Shown here piece after piece: positions 19,440 to 29,452 of a stretch of 41,109 nt of DNA. Within the stretch, counting starts at the first letter, position 1. Every line of letters starts with the position of its first letter. The notes beneath the pieces are model-generated. The model saw only the letters and a program-made list of their open reading frames with translations. It was not told the origin of the DNA and did no database searches. Origin of the DNA: Gammaproteobacteria bacterium (GTDB taxonomy: Bacteria > Pseudomonadota > Gammaproteobacteria > Arenicellales > Poriferihabitantaceae); the NCBI GenBank assembly GCA_009841725.1, contig VYGS01000046.1:31780-72888 (forward strand), read 5' to 3'. The translations under genes were made by a program, and so were the position numbers.

Positions 19440-20171
19440 TCAGCCCCAGGCAGATGAAAACAGGGCCTGCATCGCCTCCCAGGATTCCCGGTCGGCCGCC
19501 GCGTTGTATCCGACAGGGATGCCGTGCCTTTCGGCATTCGTGTCGGCCGCCTTGCTGGTAAAGCCGTGCCCCGCCCCTTTGTGGACAATCACCCGGTAAT
19601 CCGCCCCGACACCGTCCATCTCGCTTTGGAACGCGGCGACATCGTCCATGGAGACCATGGCATCGTCCTCGCCATGGCAGACCAGCACCCTGGCCCGGAT
19701 CTCGCCCGGCCCGGGGGTGTGGAAGGGGGCAAGTAATCCGTGAAAGCTGACCACGGCCGACAGCGGCATGCCGACACGGGCCATGTGAAGCACCATCGCA
19801 CCGCCAAAACAATAGCCGATGGCGGCGGTCTTCCCCGGGTCGACATTCGGCTGCGCCAGCAGGGTGCCGAGTCCGGCACGAAGCCGTTCCGTGGCCACGT
19901 TGATGTCGGCCAGCACCGAATTCATCGCGGCTCCGGCCTGGTCCGGATTGTCGGCCCGGTATCCGTTTCCGTACAGGTCGATTCCAAGCGCGCAATATCC
20001 AAGCCCGGCGAGCATCTCGCAACGCTGCCGGGTATAGTCATTGATTCCCCACCATTCGTGAACGACCAGAACGCCCGGAACCGGTTCCCCGCACCCCTCG
20101 TCGCAAGCAAGATATCCCCGGTGAAGCGTATCGTTGCAGCGGTATTCGATGTCTCTGGCTTGAAGTTTCAT
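19440..20171 (-). CDS. Dienelactone hydrolase family protein
   Basis: PGVLVVHEWWG, IGYCFGG nucleophile, VSFHG, HGEDD, AGHGFT. Confidence 0.92.
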   Translation of the reverse strand: MKLQARDIEYRCNDTLHRGYLACDEGCGEPVPGVLVVHEWWGINDYTRQRCEMLAGLGYCALGIDLYGNGYRADNPDQAGAAMNSVLADINVATERLRAGLGTLLAQPNVDPGKTAAIGYCFGGAMVLHMARVGMPLSAVVSFHGLLAPFHTPGPGEIRARVLVCHGEDDAMVSMDDVAAFQSEMDGVGADYRVIVHKGAGHGFTSKAADTNAERHGIPVGYNAAADRESWEAMQALFSSAWG

Positions 20172-20354
20172 GATGCGGGTTCCGGTCTGTTTGAATTGGG
20201 CTGACGACATGGCGATCGGCGATTCATTATACCGCAGCAAAATTTTCCGATTGTGACCCGCAGGACACTGCAGTCCGTTCACGGCCACGAATTTCCAAAA
20301 GTTGGGCATATAATCGGATTGACCCGCTTTGGCTTGACAGGGCCTGTCGAATCC

Positions 20355-21752
20355 ATGAAATACCTGCCCCTGATGTTCAACGTCTCCGGCCTGCGATTGC
20401 TGATCGTCGGCGGCGGCAACATCGCCACCCGCCGCGCGAAAGTGATTCGGCAGGCGGGGGCCGTGATCGATGTCGTGGCCAGGGACGCAAGCCCGGAGAT
20501 CCGGGAAATCGCCAGGCGGAGCGGAGGCGAACTGGCGCTGCGATCATGGCGAGCGGGGGATATCCGGGAAGACCATGCCCTGGTCGTCGCCGCCACGAAC
20601 GACGATGCGCTCAACAAGCAGGTCCGGGAGCGATGCCGGGCCCTGAACATTCCCGTCAACGTGGTCACCGATTCGAAATCCTCCGATATCGCCTTCCCGA
20701 GCGTGATCGACAGGGCGCCCCTGACCATTGCGGTCTCGAGCGGCAGCGCCTCTCCCCTTCTCGCCCGGCTGCTCGCCGAGCGCATCGATGCGCTGATCCC
20801 GGACGGATACGGCAGGCTGGCGGCACTGGTCGGAAAATACCGGCACACGGTCCGGGCAACCTTTGAAAGCCCCGATGAGCGGAAGCGGTTCTGGGGCACG
20901 ATTCTTCGGGGGGCGGTCGCCGAGCACGTGTTCTCGGGCAACCACGACGATGCCGAAGCCCTGCTGGAGAGCCGCCTGGCCGAACCCGGGGAGCATGCCG
21001 GCACCGGCGAGGTCTACCTGATCGGAGCCGGGCCGGGCGATCCCGACCTGCTGACTTTCCGCGCCTACCGGCTGCTGCAACAGTCGCACGTCGTGCTGTA
21101 CGACCGGCTGGTCTCCAGGCCCATCCTCGACATGATCGGCCCGGAAACGGAGATGATCCACGTGGGGAAGCGCCGCTCCCACCATCCCGTGCCCCAGGCC
21201 GGCATCAACGACATGCTCGTCGAGTACGCCCTGCAGGGCAAGCGGGTCGCCCGCCTCAAGGGCGGCGACCCGTTCATCTTCGGCCGGGGCGGAGAGGAGA
21301 TCGAGCAGCTGGCCGCACGGCGCATCCCGTTTCAGGTGGTTCCCGGTATCACCGCCGCTTCCGGCTGCGCCTGCTACAGCGGTATCCCGCTGACCCACCG
21401 GGACCATGCCCAGTCGGTCCGGTTCGTCACCGGGCAGTTGCGGGACGGGACGGTCAATCTGCCATGGAATCAACTGGTGGCGGACAACCAGACCGTGGTG
21501 ATCTACATGGGGCTGAACGGGCTGCCGATCATCTCCGAGCAGCTCCTTGCGCACGGCATGCGCCCGGACATGCCGGCGTCACTGATCGAACGGGGCACCA
21601 CCCCGGATCAGAAAATCCATTGCGGAACGGTTGCATCCCTGCCCGCTCTTGTCGGCAAGGCCTCGGTCAAGCCCCCCACCCTGCTGATCATCGGCTCGGT
21701 GGTCGAACTCCACCGCACCTTGCGATGGTTTCGTCAGGACGCCCGGGGATAG
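20355..21752 (+). CDS. cysG: Multifunctional siroheme synthase
   Basis: YLPLMF...IVGGGNIA, AVSSGSASP, GEVYLIGAGPGDPDLLT, RLKGGDPFIFGRGGEE, VVPGITAA. Confidence 0.95.
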   Translation: MKYLPLMFNVSGLRLLIVGGGNIATRRAKVIRQAGAVIDVVARDASPEIREIARRSGGELALRSWRAGDIREDHALVVAATNDDALNKQVRERCRALNIPVNVVTDSKSSDIAFPSVIDRAPLTIAVSSGSASPLLARLLAERIDALIPDGYGRLAALVGKYRHTVRATFESPDERKRFWGTILRGAVAEHVFSGNHDDAEALLESRLAEPGEHAGTGEVYLIGAGPGDPDLLTFRAYRLLQQSHVVLYDRLVSRPILDMIGPETEMIHVGKRRSHHPVPQAGINDMLVEYALQGKRVARLKGGDPFIFGRGGEEIEQLAARRIPFQVVPGITAASGCACYSGIPLTHRDHAQSVRFVTGQLRDGTVNLPWNQLVADNQTVVIYMGLNGLPIISEQLLAHGMRPDMPASLIERGTTPDQKIHCGTVASLPALVGKASVKPPTLLIIGSVVELHRTLRWFRQDARG

Positions 21753-21929
21753 GGACAAGTCAGAGCGGCCCTTTCTCTATCTCTGTCAGGACTTCTTTCG
21801 GGATCGGCGTCAGAATCCAACAACCCGGTGCGCAACCGAACGGGCGGAAATCAACCCGGGATTCGTTCGTGCCCGCCATCGGGAATCCCGGACCCGCAAT
21901 TTTCGATAACCGTATCCCGGGGACCGGCT

Positions 21930-22256
21930 CTAGACCACGCTTCCGAACGACCTGTCCACGCTCCCGAAAGGCACTTCGAGACCGGCAACCGTGCAACCCT
22001 GGGCAACCGGTCCGCCGGGAAACAGGTAATACAGAAACCGGGTGCCGCCCTTGATGTGGAATTTCTCGTTCAGGGCGTCAACCAGCTCGCGGCGATTGAC
22101 CACCTCGTGCTTGGAGCAGTATTCCTGCAAGGCGGCCACCACCTCCCAATGATCATCGGTCAATTCGATGCCGAGACTCCCTGCACGGGTCAGGGCTTCG
22201 TCAACATCCCATCCCTGGGGGGCGTGCGGAAACATGTCCGGATCGGGCTTGCTCAT
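21930..22256 (-). CDS. TusE/DsrC/DsvC-family protein lacking the C-terminal cysteine (RspA-like)
   Basis: GIELTDDHWEVV, LYYLFPGGPVAQGCTVAGL; ends SFGSVV instead of the CV/CI end; GAGGAG RBS. Confidence 0.85.
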   Translation of the reverse strand: MSKPDPDMFPHAPQGWDVDEALTRAGSLGIELTDDHWEVVAALQEYCSKHEVVNRRELVDALNEKFHIKGGTRFLYYLFPGGPVAQGCTVAGLEVPFGSVDRSFGSVV

Positions 22257-22305
22257 TCAAAGACTCCTCAGATTAAATTGCTCACGATTCAAAGGGGCCC
22301 GGGCC

Positions 22306-23280
22306 TCATGGAATGAGAACGGTCGATCCGGTGGTCGCCCTGGATTCCAGATCGAGATGGGCCCTTGCCGTATCCGACAGCGGATAGCTCTGATTGATCG
22401 CGATATTCACGATCCCGTCGTTCACGGCATGGAAAAGGCGTTCGGCTCCCTCTGCCAGGAGTTCGCGGGTTGCAACATGGGTCGCCAGGGTCGGACGGGT
22501 CACATAAAGCGACCCCTTCGGGGCCAGAATGGCCGGGGAAAACGGTTCCACGGGACCCGAAGCATTGCCGTAGGTCACCAGCACGCCGAAAGGCTGCAAT
22601 GAGTCGAGGGATGCCTCGAATGTCGCCTGTCCCACCGAATCGTAGACCGCCGCAACACCCGATCCCCGAGTGATCTCCCGGACACGTCCGGCGACATCTT
22701 CCCGGTCGTACAGGATCACGTGATGGGCTCCGTTCGCCAGGGCCAGTTCGGCCTTGGACCCGGATCCGACGCAGCCGATCACCTCGGCGCCGAGATGGCG
22801 CGCCCACTGACACAGGATCAACCCGACGCCGCCGGCCGCCGCCATGACGAGAATCCGGTCACCCGGCTTCACGGCATGCGAGCGAAAGAGCAGATAATGC
22901 GCGGTCAGTCCCTTCAGCATCATGGCCGCGGCAGTGCGTTCGTCAATCCCGTCGGGCAGCTTGAGAAGCCTGTCAGCCCGGATCACCCGGGATTCACAAT
23001 AGGCTCCGGGCACCATGCAATAGGCGACACGATCGCCTTCGCAAAGGCCGTCGACATCCGGTCCGACGGATTCGACGACTCCGGCCCCCTCCATTCCGAG
23101 CACGGCGGGCAGGGAGGGCAGCGGATAGAGGCCGCTGCGCATGTAGACATCGATGAAGTTCAGGCCGACTGCGCTCTGCCGGATCCGGACTTCCCCGGAT
23201 CCGGGATCGCCGACCTCGATTGTCTCCCAACGCAACCTGTCGGCACCTCCGGTATCATGAATGCGAACGGCATGAGTCAT
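22306..23280 (-). CDS. qor: NADPH:quinone oxidoreductase (zeta-crystallin/MDR family)
   Basis: GLNFIDVY, LGMEGAG, MLKGLTAHYL, AAAGGVG, YDSVG, KGSLYVTRPTL. Confidence 0.9.
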   Translation of the reverse strand: MTHAVRIHDTGGADRLRWETIEVGDPGSGEVRIRQSAVGLNFIDVYMRSGLYPLPSLPAVLGMEGAGVVESVGPDVDGLCEGDRVAYCMVPGAYCESRVIRADRLLKLPDGIDERTAAAMMLKGLTAHYLLFRSHAVKPGDRILVMAAAGGVGLILCQWARHLGAEVIGCVGSGSKAELALANGAHHVILYDREDVAGRVREITRGSGVAAVYDSVGQATFEASLDSLQPFGVLVTYGNASGPVEPFSPAILAPKGSLYVTRPTLATHVATRELLAEGAERLFHAVNDGIVNIAINQSYPLSDTARAHLDLESRATTGSTVLIP

Positions 23281-23326
23281 CACGCAATCTCCACTTCTGT
23301 TGCAACCGCCCCGGCCTGCAATCGCA

Positions 23327-23421
23327 CTGGTCTAATTCTTGGATTTTGTCTGGTACTATCACCAGAGTTTGGAAATCCCTATCTTGCGCAGGTGTCCTGA
23401 TATATTTCCGGGCAAGTCCAG
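23327..23421 (+). promoter_or_regulatory. Candidate TauR (MocR-family) binding boxes upstream of ald-xsc-pta
   Basis: CTGGTCTAA (23327), CTGGTACTA (23350) and inverted CTGGACTT (AAGTCCAG at 23414-23421), resembling the CTGGACYTAA TauR repeat. Confidence 0.5.
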
Positions 23422-23446
23422 TATCTTAACCGATCAAGTTTCAACG

Positions 23447-24565
23447 ATGCTAGTAGGCGTACCGAAAGAGATCAAGAATCACGAATACCGGGTCGGCCTG
23501 ACCCCCACCAGTGTCCGCGAGCTGACACGCCATGGACACGAGGTGGTCGTGGAGGCGAATGCCGGAGAAGGCATTTCCGCCGACGATGACCAGTACCGGA
23601 AATCCGGGGCGGTCATCGTCGATACTGCGGAAGAGGTGTTTGCCCGCTCCGAGATGATCGTCAAGGTCAAGGAACCCCAGGCGGACGAACGCGCACTGCT
23701 GCGCGAAGGCCAGATTCTCTATACCTATCTTCATCTGGCTCCCGATCCGGAACAGACCCGGGACCTGATCGACAGCGGCGCGACCTGCATCGCGTACGAA
23801 ACCGTGACCTCGCCATTCGGCGGCCTGCCCCTGCTGGCTCCGATGTCCAAGGTCGCAGGCCGGATGTCGATCCAGGCGGGGGCCTACTGCCTCGAGCACC
23901 CGCATGGCGGACTGGGCGTGCTGCTTGGCGGAGTGCCCGGCGTGGATCCGGCAAAAGTCGTGATCCTGGGGGCCGGGGTCGTCGGAACCCATGCGGCGCA
24001 TATCGCCGTGGGCATGGGAGCCGATGTCTGGGTGCTGGACAACAACGCGGCTGCGCTCGAGCGGCACTGGCAACATTTCGGACGATCCACCAATTCCATA
24101 TTCTCGACATCGGATTCGCTGGAAAAGCATGTCCTCGAAGCCGATCTGGTCATCGGCGGAGTGCTGGTTCCGGGTGCCGAGGCGCCGAAGCTCGTGACCA
24201 CGGAAATGGTTCGGGACATGAAGCAGGGCGCCGTCATCGTCGACGTGGCGATCGACCAGGGCGGATGCTGTGAAACCTCCCGCCCCACCACTCATGCCGA
24301 GCCGACCTACGAGGTCGACGAGGTGGTGCACTACTGCGTCGCCAACATGCCCGGGGGCGTACCGAAAACGTCTACCTTTGCCCTCAACAATGTCACGTTG
24401 CCGTTCGCCCTCCAGTTGGCGGACAAGGGCGCAAGACAGGCCCTGTTGGACGATGTCCACCTTCGAGACGGCCTGAATATCCACCGGGGGCAGGTGACGC
24501 ACCGGGAAGTCGCCGAGGACCTCGGATACACCTTCGTCGATCCGACCCGGGCCCTGGAACACTGA
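23447..24565 (+). CDS. ald: Alanine dehydrogenase
   Basis: GVPKEIKNHEYRVG, TYLHLA, LPLLAPMS.VAGR, DVAIDQGGC.ETS, HYCVANMPG. Confidence 0.96.
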   Translation: MLVGVPKEIKNHEYRVGLTPTSVRELTRHGHEVVVEANAGEGISADDDQYRKSGAVIVDTAEEVFARSEMIVKVKEPQADERALLREGQILYTYLHLAPDPEQTRDLIDSGATCIAYETVTSPFGGLPLLAPMSKVAGRMSIQAGAYCLEHPHGGLGVLLGGVPGVDPAKVVILGAGVVGTHAAHIAVGMGADVWVLDNNAAALERHWQHFGRSTNSIFSTSDSLEKHVLEADLVIGGVLVPGAEAPKLVTTEMVRDMKQGAVIVDVAIDQGGCCETSRPTTHAEPTYEVDEVVHYCVANMPGGVPKTSTFALNNVTLPFALQLADKGARQALLDDVHLRDGLNIHRGQVTHREVAEDLGYTFVDPTRALEH

Positions 24566-24603
24566 TCCGACACCATACAATCTGAAACAAGGAGAACTCA
24601 ACC

Positions 24604-26367
24604 ATGCCCAGAATGACGCCTTCGGAAGCGTTTGTCGAAACACTTGCCGCAAACGGAGTAACGGAAATCTTCGGAATCATGGGTTCCGCCTTCATGGACG
24701 CGATGGATATCTTCGCGCCCGCAGGAATCCGCCTGATTCCGGTCGTGCACGAGCAGGGCGCGGGACACATGGCCGACGGCTACTCCCGGGTAAGCGGACG
24801 GCACGGCGTGGTGATCGGGCAGAACGGTCCGGGAATCAGCAATTGCGTCACGGCCATTGCGGCAGCCTACTGGGCCCATTCCCCGGTCGTCATGATCACC
24901 CCCGAAACCGGCACCATGGGTCAGGGGCTGGGCGGTTTCCAGGAAGCCAACCAGCTACCCATGTTCCAGGAGTTCGTCAAGTATCAGGGGCATGTCAACA
25001 ACCCGAAGCGCATGGCCGAATTCACCGCTCGCTGCTTTGACCGCGCCCTCTCCGAGATCGGTCCGACCCAGCTCAACATTCCGCGGGACTACTTCTACGG
25101 CGATATCGACGTCGACATTCCGCAGCCCATGCGTCTGGATCGCGGGCCCGGCGGCGACGACTCCCTGAACCGCGCCGCCGAAACCATCAGCCAGGCCCGG
25201 TTTCCGGTCATCATGTCCGGAGGCGGGGTGGTCATGGGCGACACCGTGGAAGATTGCAAGGCGCTGGCCGAAAGACTGGACGCCCCGGTCGTCAACAGCT
25301 ACCTGCACAACGACTCCTTTCCGGCAAGCCATCCGCTCTGGTGCGGACCGTTGGGCTACCACGGTTCGAAAGCGGCGATGAAAATCATCAACAAAGCCGA
25401 CGTGGTGATCGCGCTCGGAACCCGTCTTGGCCCGTTCGGAACCCTGCCCCAATATGGTTTCGACTACTGGCCGAAGGACGCGAAAATCATCCAGATCGAC
25501 GCCGACCACAAGATGCTCGGGCTGGTCAAGAAAATCGATGTCGGAATCTGCGGCGACGCCGGGGCGGCTGCCCGGGCCCTGCTTGAGCGGCTGGACGGAC
25601 GCGAGCTCGTCTGCGACGGCAACCGCGCGGAACGCTCGGCGATTGTCACCGCAGAGAAAGCCGGGTGGGAGAAGGAACTGGACGAATGGATTCACGAGCA
25701 GGACGACTACAGCCTCGACATGATCCGGGAACAGGACGAGGAGGACGGCTCCTGGCTCCATCCCCGCCAGGTCCTGCGGGAGCTTGAAAAAGCCATGCCG
25801 CCCGACGCCATGGTATCGACCGACATCGGCAACATCAACGCCATCGCCAACAGCTACCTGAGATTCGAACGCCCCAGAAGCTTCCTGGCCCCGATGAGCT
25901 GGGGCAACTGCGGCTATTCGCTGCCCACCATGATCGGAGCCAAATGCGCCGCTCCCGACCGGCCCGCGATCGCCTATTCGGGCGACGGCGCCTGGGCCAT
26001 GAGCTGTGCGGAAATCATGACCTCGGTACGGCATGACATTCCCGTCACCGGCGTGGTCTTTCACAACCGGCAATGGGGAGCCGAAAAGAAGAACCAGGTC
26101 GATTTCTACAACCGCCGGTTTGTGGCCGGCGAGCTCGACAATGCCAGTTTCGCGGGAATCGGGCAGGCAATGGGCACCGAGGGGATCATCGTGGACCGCC
26201 TCGAGGATGTCGGCCCCGCGCTCACCCGGGCGGTCGACATGCAGATGAACGACGGCAAGTCGACCGTCATCGAGATCATGTGCACCCGGGAACTTGGCGA
26301 CCCGTTCAGGCGGGACGCCCTGTCGAAACCGGTCCGCCACCTGCCCAAGTATCGGGACTACGTCTGA
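24604..26367 (+). CDS. xsc: Sulfoacetaldehyde acetyltransferase (ThDP-dependent)
   Basis: MTPSEAFVETL, FGIMGSAFMD, HEQGAGHMADGY, GDGAW, NRQWGAEKKNQ, ELGDPFRRDAL; followed by pta. Confidence 0.96.
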   Translation: MPRMTPSEAFVETLAANGVTEIFGIMGSAFMDAMDIFAPAGIRLIPVVHEQGAGHMADGYSRVSGRHGVVIGQNGPGISNCVTAIAAAYWAHSPVVMITPETGTMGQGLGGFQEANQLPMFQEFVKYQGHVNNPKRMAEFTARCFDRALSEIGPTQLNIPRDYFYGDIDVDIPQPMRLDRGPGGDDSLNRAAETISQARFPVIMSGGGVVMGDTVEDCKALAERLDAPVVNSYLHNDSFPASHPLWCGPLGYHGSKAAMKIINKADVVIALGTRLGPFGTLPQYGFDYWPKDAKIIQIDADHKMLGLVKKIDVGICGDAGAAARALLERLDGRELVCDGNRAERSAIVTAEKAGWEKELDEWIHEQDDYSLDMIREQDEEDGSWLHPRQVLRELEKAMPPDAMVSTDIGNINAIANSYLRFERPRSFLAPMSWGNCGYSLPTMIGAKCAAPDRPAIAYSGDGAWAMSCAEIMTSVRHDIPVTGVVFHNRQWGAEKKNQVDFYNRRFVAGELDNASFAGIGQAMGTEGIIVDRLEDVGPALTRAVDMQMNDGKSTVIEIMCTRELGDPFRRDALSKPVRHLPKYRDYV

Positions 26368-26386
26368 TCGGGGAACGGCCGGGGCC

Positions 26387-27373
26387 ATGTCCCTGTTCGA
26401 GACAATCTTCGAGCGCGCCCGGGCCGCCCAAAGTACCATTGTCCTGCCTGAAGGCGGCGACCCCCGCGTCACGGCGGCGGCAGAACGGGCCCTTGAGATG
26501 GGCCTTGCCCGAATCGTCCTGCTCTGCGGGGAGAGTGACCCCGGACTCGGCACGCACGATGCGCTGACGGTCGTCAATCCCGAAACGGACGAGCGTATCG
26601 GCCGTTACGCCGATGCGCTGTACGAGCTTCGCCAGCACAAGGGACTGACGCGGGATCAGGCCCAGGAAGCGGTGAAAGACACCCTCGTTTTCAGCGCCAT
26701 GATGACCCGGCTGGGCGAAGCGGACGGATATGTCGCCGGAGCCGTGCACACAACCGCCAGCGTGCTGCGGGCGGCCTTGCAGGTGGTGGGTGTGGCGAAG
26801 GGGGCAAGACAGGTCTCCAGCTTCTTCATCATGGAACACCGCATGGCGCACCAGGCGGTACAGGGTGTCGCCCTGTATGCCGATTGCGCCATGGTGATCG
26901 ATCCGGGGCCGGAGGAACTTGCCGACATCGCCATGGCGACGGCCCGGCATGCCCGCAGTCTTCTGGCCATCGAACCGGTGGTTGCCCTGTTGTCCTTTTC
27001 GACGGCCGGCAGCGCCGTTCATCCCTACGTGGACAAGGTGAGACAGGCCGGAGAGCTCGTCGCCGCCGCGATGCCCGACCTGGCGCTCCTGCCCGAGGTC
27101 CAGTTCGATGCCGCCATCCTGCCCGACATATTGGCGAGGAAGGCGCCGGATCTCGAAGCGCCCGCCCCGGCCAACGTGTTCATCTTTCCGGACCTGCAGT
27201 CGGCGAATATCGGCTACAAGATCGCGGAGCGAATCGGCGGCGTCATCGCGACCGGGCCGATCCTGCAGGGATTGTCGAGGCCGGTCAACGATCTCTCCCG
27301 GGGCTGCAGCATCGACGATATCGTCCGGCTCATCGCCATCACCGCGCTGCAGGGCCAGCCACCGCACCCGTGA
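26387..27373 (+). CDS. pta: Phosphate acetyltransferase
   Basis: IVLPEGGDPR, VSSFFIM, ALLSFSTAGS, QFDAA, ANVFIFPDLQSANIGYK, GPILQGL..PVNDLSRGC. Confidence 0.94.
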   Translation: MSLFETIFERARAAQSTIVLPEGGDPRVTAAAERALEMGLARIVLLCGESDPGLGTHDALTVVNPETDERIGRYADALYELRQHKGLTRDQAQEAVKDTLVFSAMMTRLGEADGYVAGAVHTTASVLRAALQVVGVAKGARQVSSFFIMEHRMAHQAVQGVALYADCAMVIDPGPEELADIAMATARHARSLLAIEPVVALLSFSTAGSAVHPYVDKVRQAGELVAAAMPDLALLPEVQFDAAILPDILARKAPDLEAPAPANVFIFPDLQSANIGYKIAERIGGVIATGPILQGLSRPVNDLSRGCSIDDIVRLIAITALQGQPPHP

Positions 27374-28425
27374 ACGTCCGGTTCACAACCCTGTATCTCA
27401 GGAAGCGCTTTCCGCTCGCCATCAGTCGCGGGGTCAGCCATGGAAGCGAGAACCTGTTCGTCGGCGTCACCCGGGACGGCATCACCGGATGGGGCGAGTT
27501 GTCTCCCGGAAGATCCGAAGGCGCAGCCACGGCCAAGCTCGCCCAAAGCGCGCTCGAATCGTTTCTGGCCGGGCTTGAAGACGACCTGTCGATCCATGAG
27601 ATCGACCTGCGCGGCACGTTGCAGCAGCTGCCGCGTTGCGCCGCGGCCGGGCTCGACATCGCGCTCTGGGACTGGCTGGGCAAGAAGGCCGGGCTCCCCC
27701 TGTATCGGCTGTTGGGACTGGGACTGCCGTCGGCTCCCACTTCCGTCACGGTCGGCATCGACACCCCCGAGGCGGTCAAGGAACGGATTCCAGTGATTCT
27801 GGGCCACCACCGTGTGCGGGCGCTGAAGATCAAGCTCGGCTCTCCGGCGGGGATCGAGGCTGACCAGGCGATGTATACGCAGGCAGCAAAAAGCGCGAAA
27901 CCCTACTGCGTCCGGCTGCGTGTCGACGCCAACGGGGGATGGACTGTCGACGACGCAATCCGCATGATGGACTGGCTGGCCGAACGGGGCACCGATTACG
28001 TGGAGCAACCGCTGCGGGAAGGACAGGAAGAGGACTTGCCGGCCCTTTTCAGGACACGGCGCCTGCCGATCTTCGTGGACGAGTCGTGCAGGGTATCCGG
28101 CGACATTCCGAAATGGGCCGACTGCGTCGACGGCGTCAACCTGAAGCTCATGAAGTGCGGCGGAATCACCGAGGCGTTGCGGATCATCTCCACCGCGCGT
28201 GCGTTCGGCCTGAAGACCATGATCGGCTGCATGGGCGAGTCGTCCATGTCGATTTCCGCGGGCGCGGCCCTGTCCGGCCTGGTCGATCATGTCGATCTGG
28301 ACTCGCATCTCAATCTGGATCCGGATCCCTGTTCCGGGGCAACGCTCGCCGACGGTGTCGTGACACCCAATCCGAATCCGGGACACGGGGCGCGGATAGA
28401 ACTGCCGGAGATGCAGGATGCTTGA
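27370..28425 (+). CDS. Enolase-superfamily dipeptide epimerase / N-acetyl-D-glutamate racemase (DgcA-like)
   Basis: GTG start overlaps the pta stop (GTGA); PLAISRG, KIKLG, RVDANGGW, EQP, DES, NLKLMKCGG, GCM.ES, DLD. Confidence 0.88.
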   Translation: MNVRFTTLYLRKRFPLAISRGVSHGSENLFVGVTRDGITGWGELSPGRSEGAATAKLAQSALESFLAGLEDDLSIHEIDLRGTLQQLPRCAAAGLDIALWDWLGKKAGLPLYRLLGLGLPSAPTSVTVGIDTPEAVKERIPVILGHHRVRALKIKLGSPAGIEADQAMYTQAAKSAKPYCVRLRVDANGGWTVDDAIRMMDWLAERGTDYVEQPLREGQEEDLPALFRTRRLPIFVDESCRVSGDIPKWADCVDGVNLKLMKCGGITEALRIISTARAFGLKTMIGCMGESSMSISAGAALSGLVDHVDLDSHLNLDPDPCSGATLADGVVTPNPNPGHGARIELPEMQDA

Positions 28426-29452
28426 ACCCCGTCACCGTATCGCGATCTACATGGAGGCGAACCTGGATTCCGACTACGGCAAGATGGGATTCGGCGTGAT
28501 GCGTTTCTGCCGGAACGAAATCGTCTGCATCGTGGATTCGACGCACGCCGGCAAGACGGTTCGCGAAGCCAGCCCTCTGCCCTATGACCACCCCGTGGTG
28601 GCCGGAATAGACGAGGCTGCGGAAATGGGCGCCGAAGTCCTGGTGCTCGGCACCGCTCCGTCCGGCGGCCGGATCCCGGAGAGCTGGATCGACCCGTTGA
28701 CGAGGGCGATCCGGTGGGGAATGAGCCTGGTAAACGGGCTGCACGATCCCCTGAACGAACGGCTTGGCCATCACCTGAAACCGGGGCAGTGGATCTGGGA
28801 TGTCCGGCAGCCCGGGTTCACGCCGGCGATCGCCTCCGGCCAGGCCGCCACGCTCTCGAACCGGCGCATCCTGATGGTCGGAACCGACATGAGCATCGGG
28901 AAAATGACCGCGGGACTCGAAATCTGGAAATGGATGCGGGATCGGCGACCCGGCATCAGGACCGATTTCCTGGCCACCGGGCAGATCGGGATTACGGTCA
29001 CCGGCACGGGGATCCCGCTGGACGCCTTCAAACTGGATCATGCCTGCGGCGCCGTCGAAACCCTTGTCATGGGCTCGGCCGAAGCCGATGTCGTTATCGT
29101 CGAGGGACAGGGCTCGCTGCTTCATCCCGGAAGTTCCGCCACCCTTTCCCTGATCCGGGGCGCCTGTCCGACCCATCTGATCATGTGCCATCGCGCCGGC
29201 ATGTCGACGCTCAGGGCGCCGTCGAACGTGAAGATCCCCCCGCTGAAGGCGTTTATCGAACTCAACGAGCGGGTCGTGTCGGCTTGCGGGGCGCTGGCCC
29301 CCGCCGTCACCGCCGGGATCGCGCTCAATACCTCGGAACTGGAAGAGGCCGCCGCGCTTGAGGCGATCGGGGCGCTGGAACTCGAGACCGGATATCCGGT
29401 CGAGGATGTCGTGCGCTTCGGCGCCGGAAAACTGGCCTCTCTTCTCGCGTGA
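28418..29452 (+). CDS. DUF1611-family P-loop protein (DgcN-like D-glutamate N-acetyltransferase)
   Basis: GKM..GV.R, NGLH, VGTDMSIGKMT, ATGQIGI, VEGQGSLLHP; paired with the epimerase. Confidence 0.88.
   Translation: MLEPRHRIAIYMEANLDSDYGKMGFGVMRFCRNEIVCIVDSTHAGKTVREASPLPYDHPVVAGIDEAAEMGAEVLVLGTAPSGGRIPESWIDPLTRAIRWGMSLVNGLHDPLNERLGHHLKPGQWIWDVRQPGFTPAIASGQAATLSNRRILMVGTDMSIGKMTAGLEIWKWMRDRRPGIRTDFLATGQIGITVTGTGIPLDAFKLDHACGAVETLVMGSAEADVVIVEGQGSLLHPGSSATLSLIRGACPTHLIMCHRAGMSTLRAPSNVKIPPLKAFIELNERVVSACGALAPAVTAGIALNTSELEEAAALEAIGALELETGYPVEDVVRFGAGKLASLLA

Noticed and set aside
26884-27369. Long N-terminal extensions in the ORF track (epimerase, bhcB-like, livG, livM, cysG, ald)
   Set aside because: They overlap neighbouring genes or promoters; family similarity starts at the downstream codons used in the features
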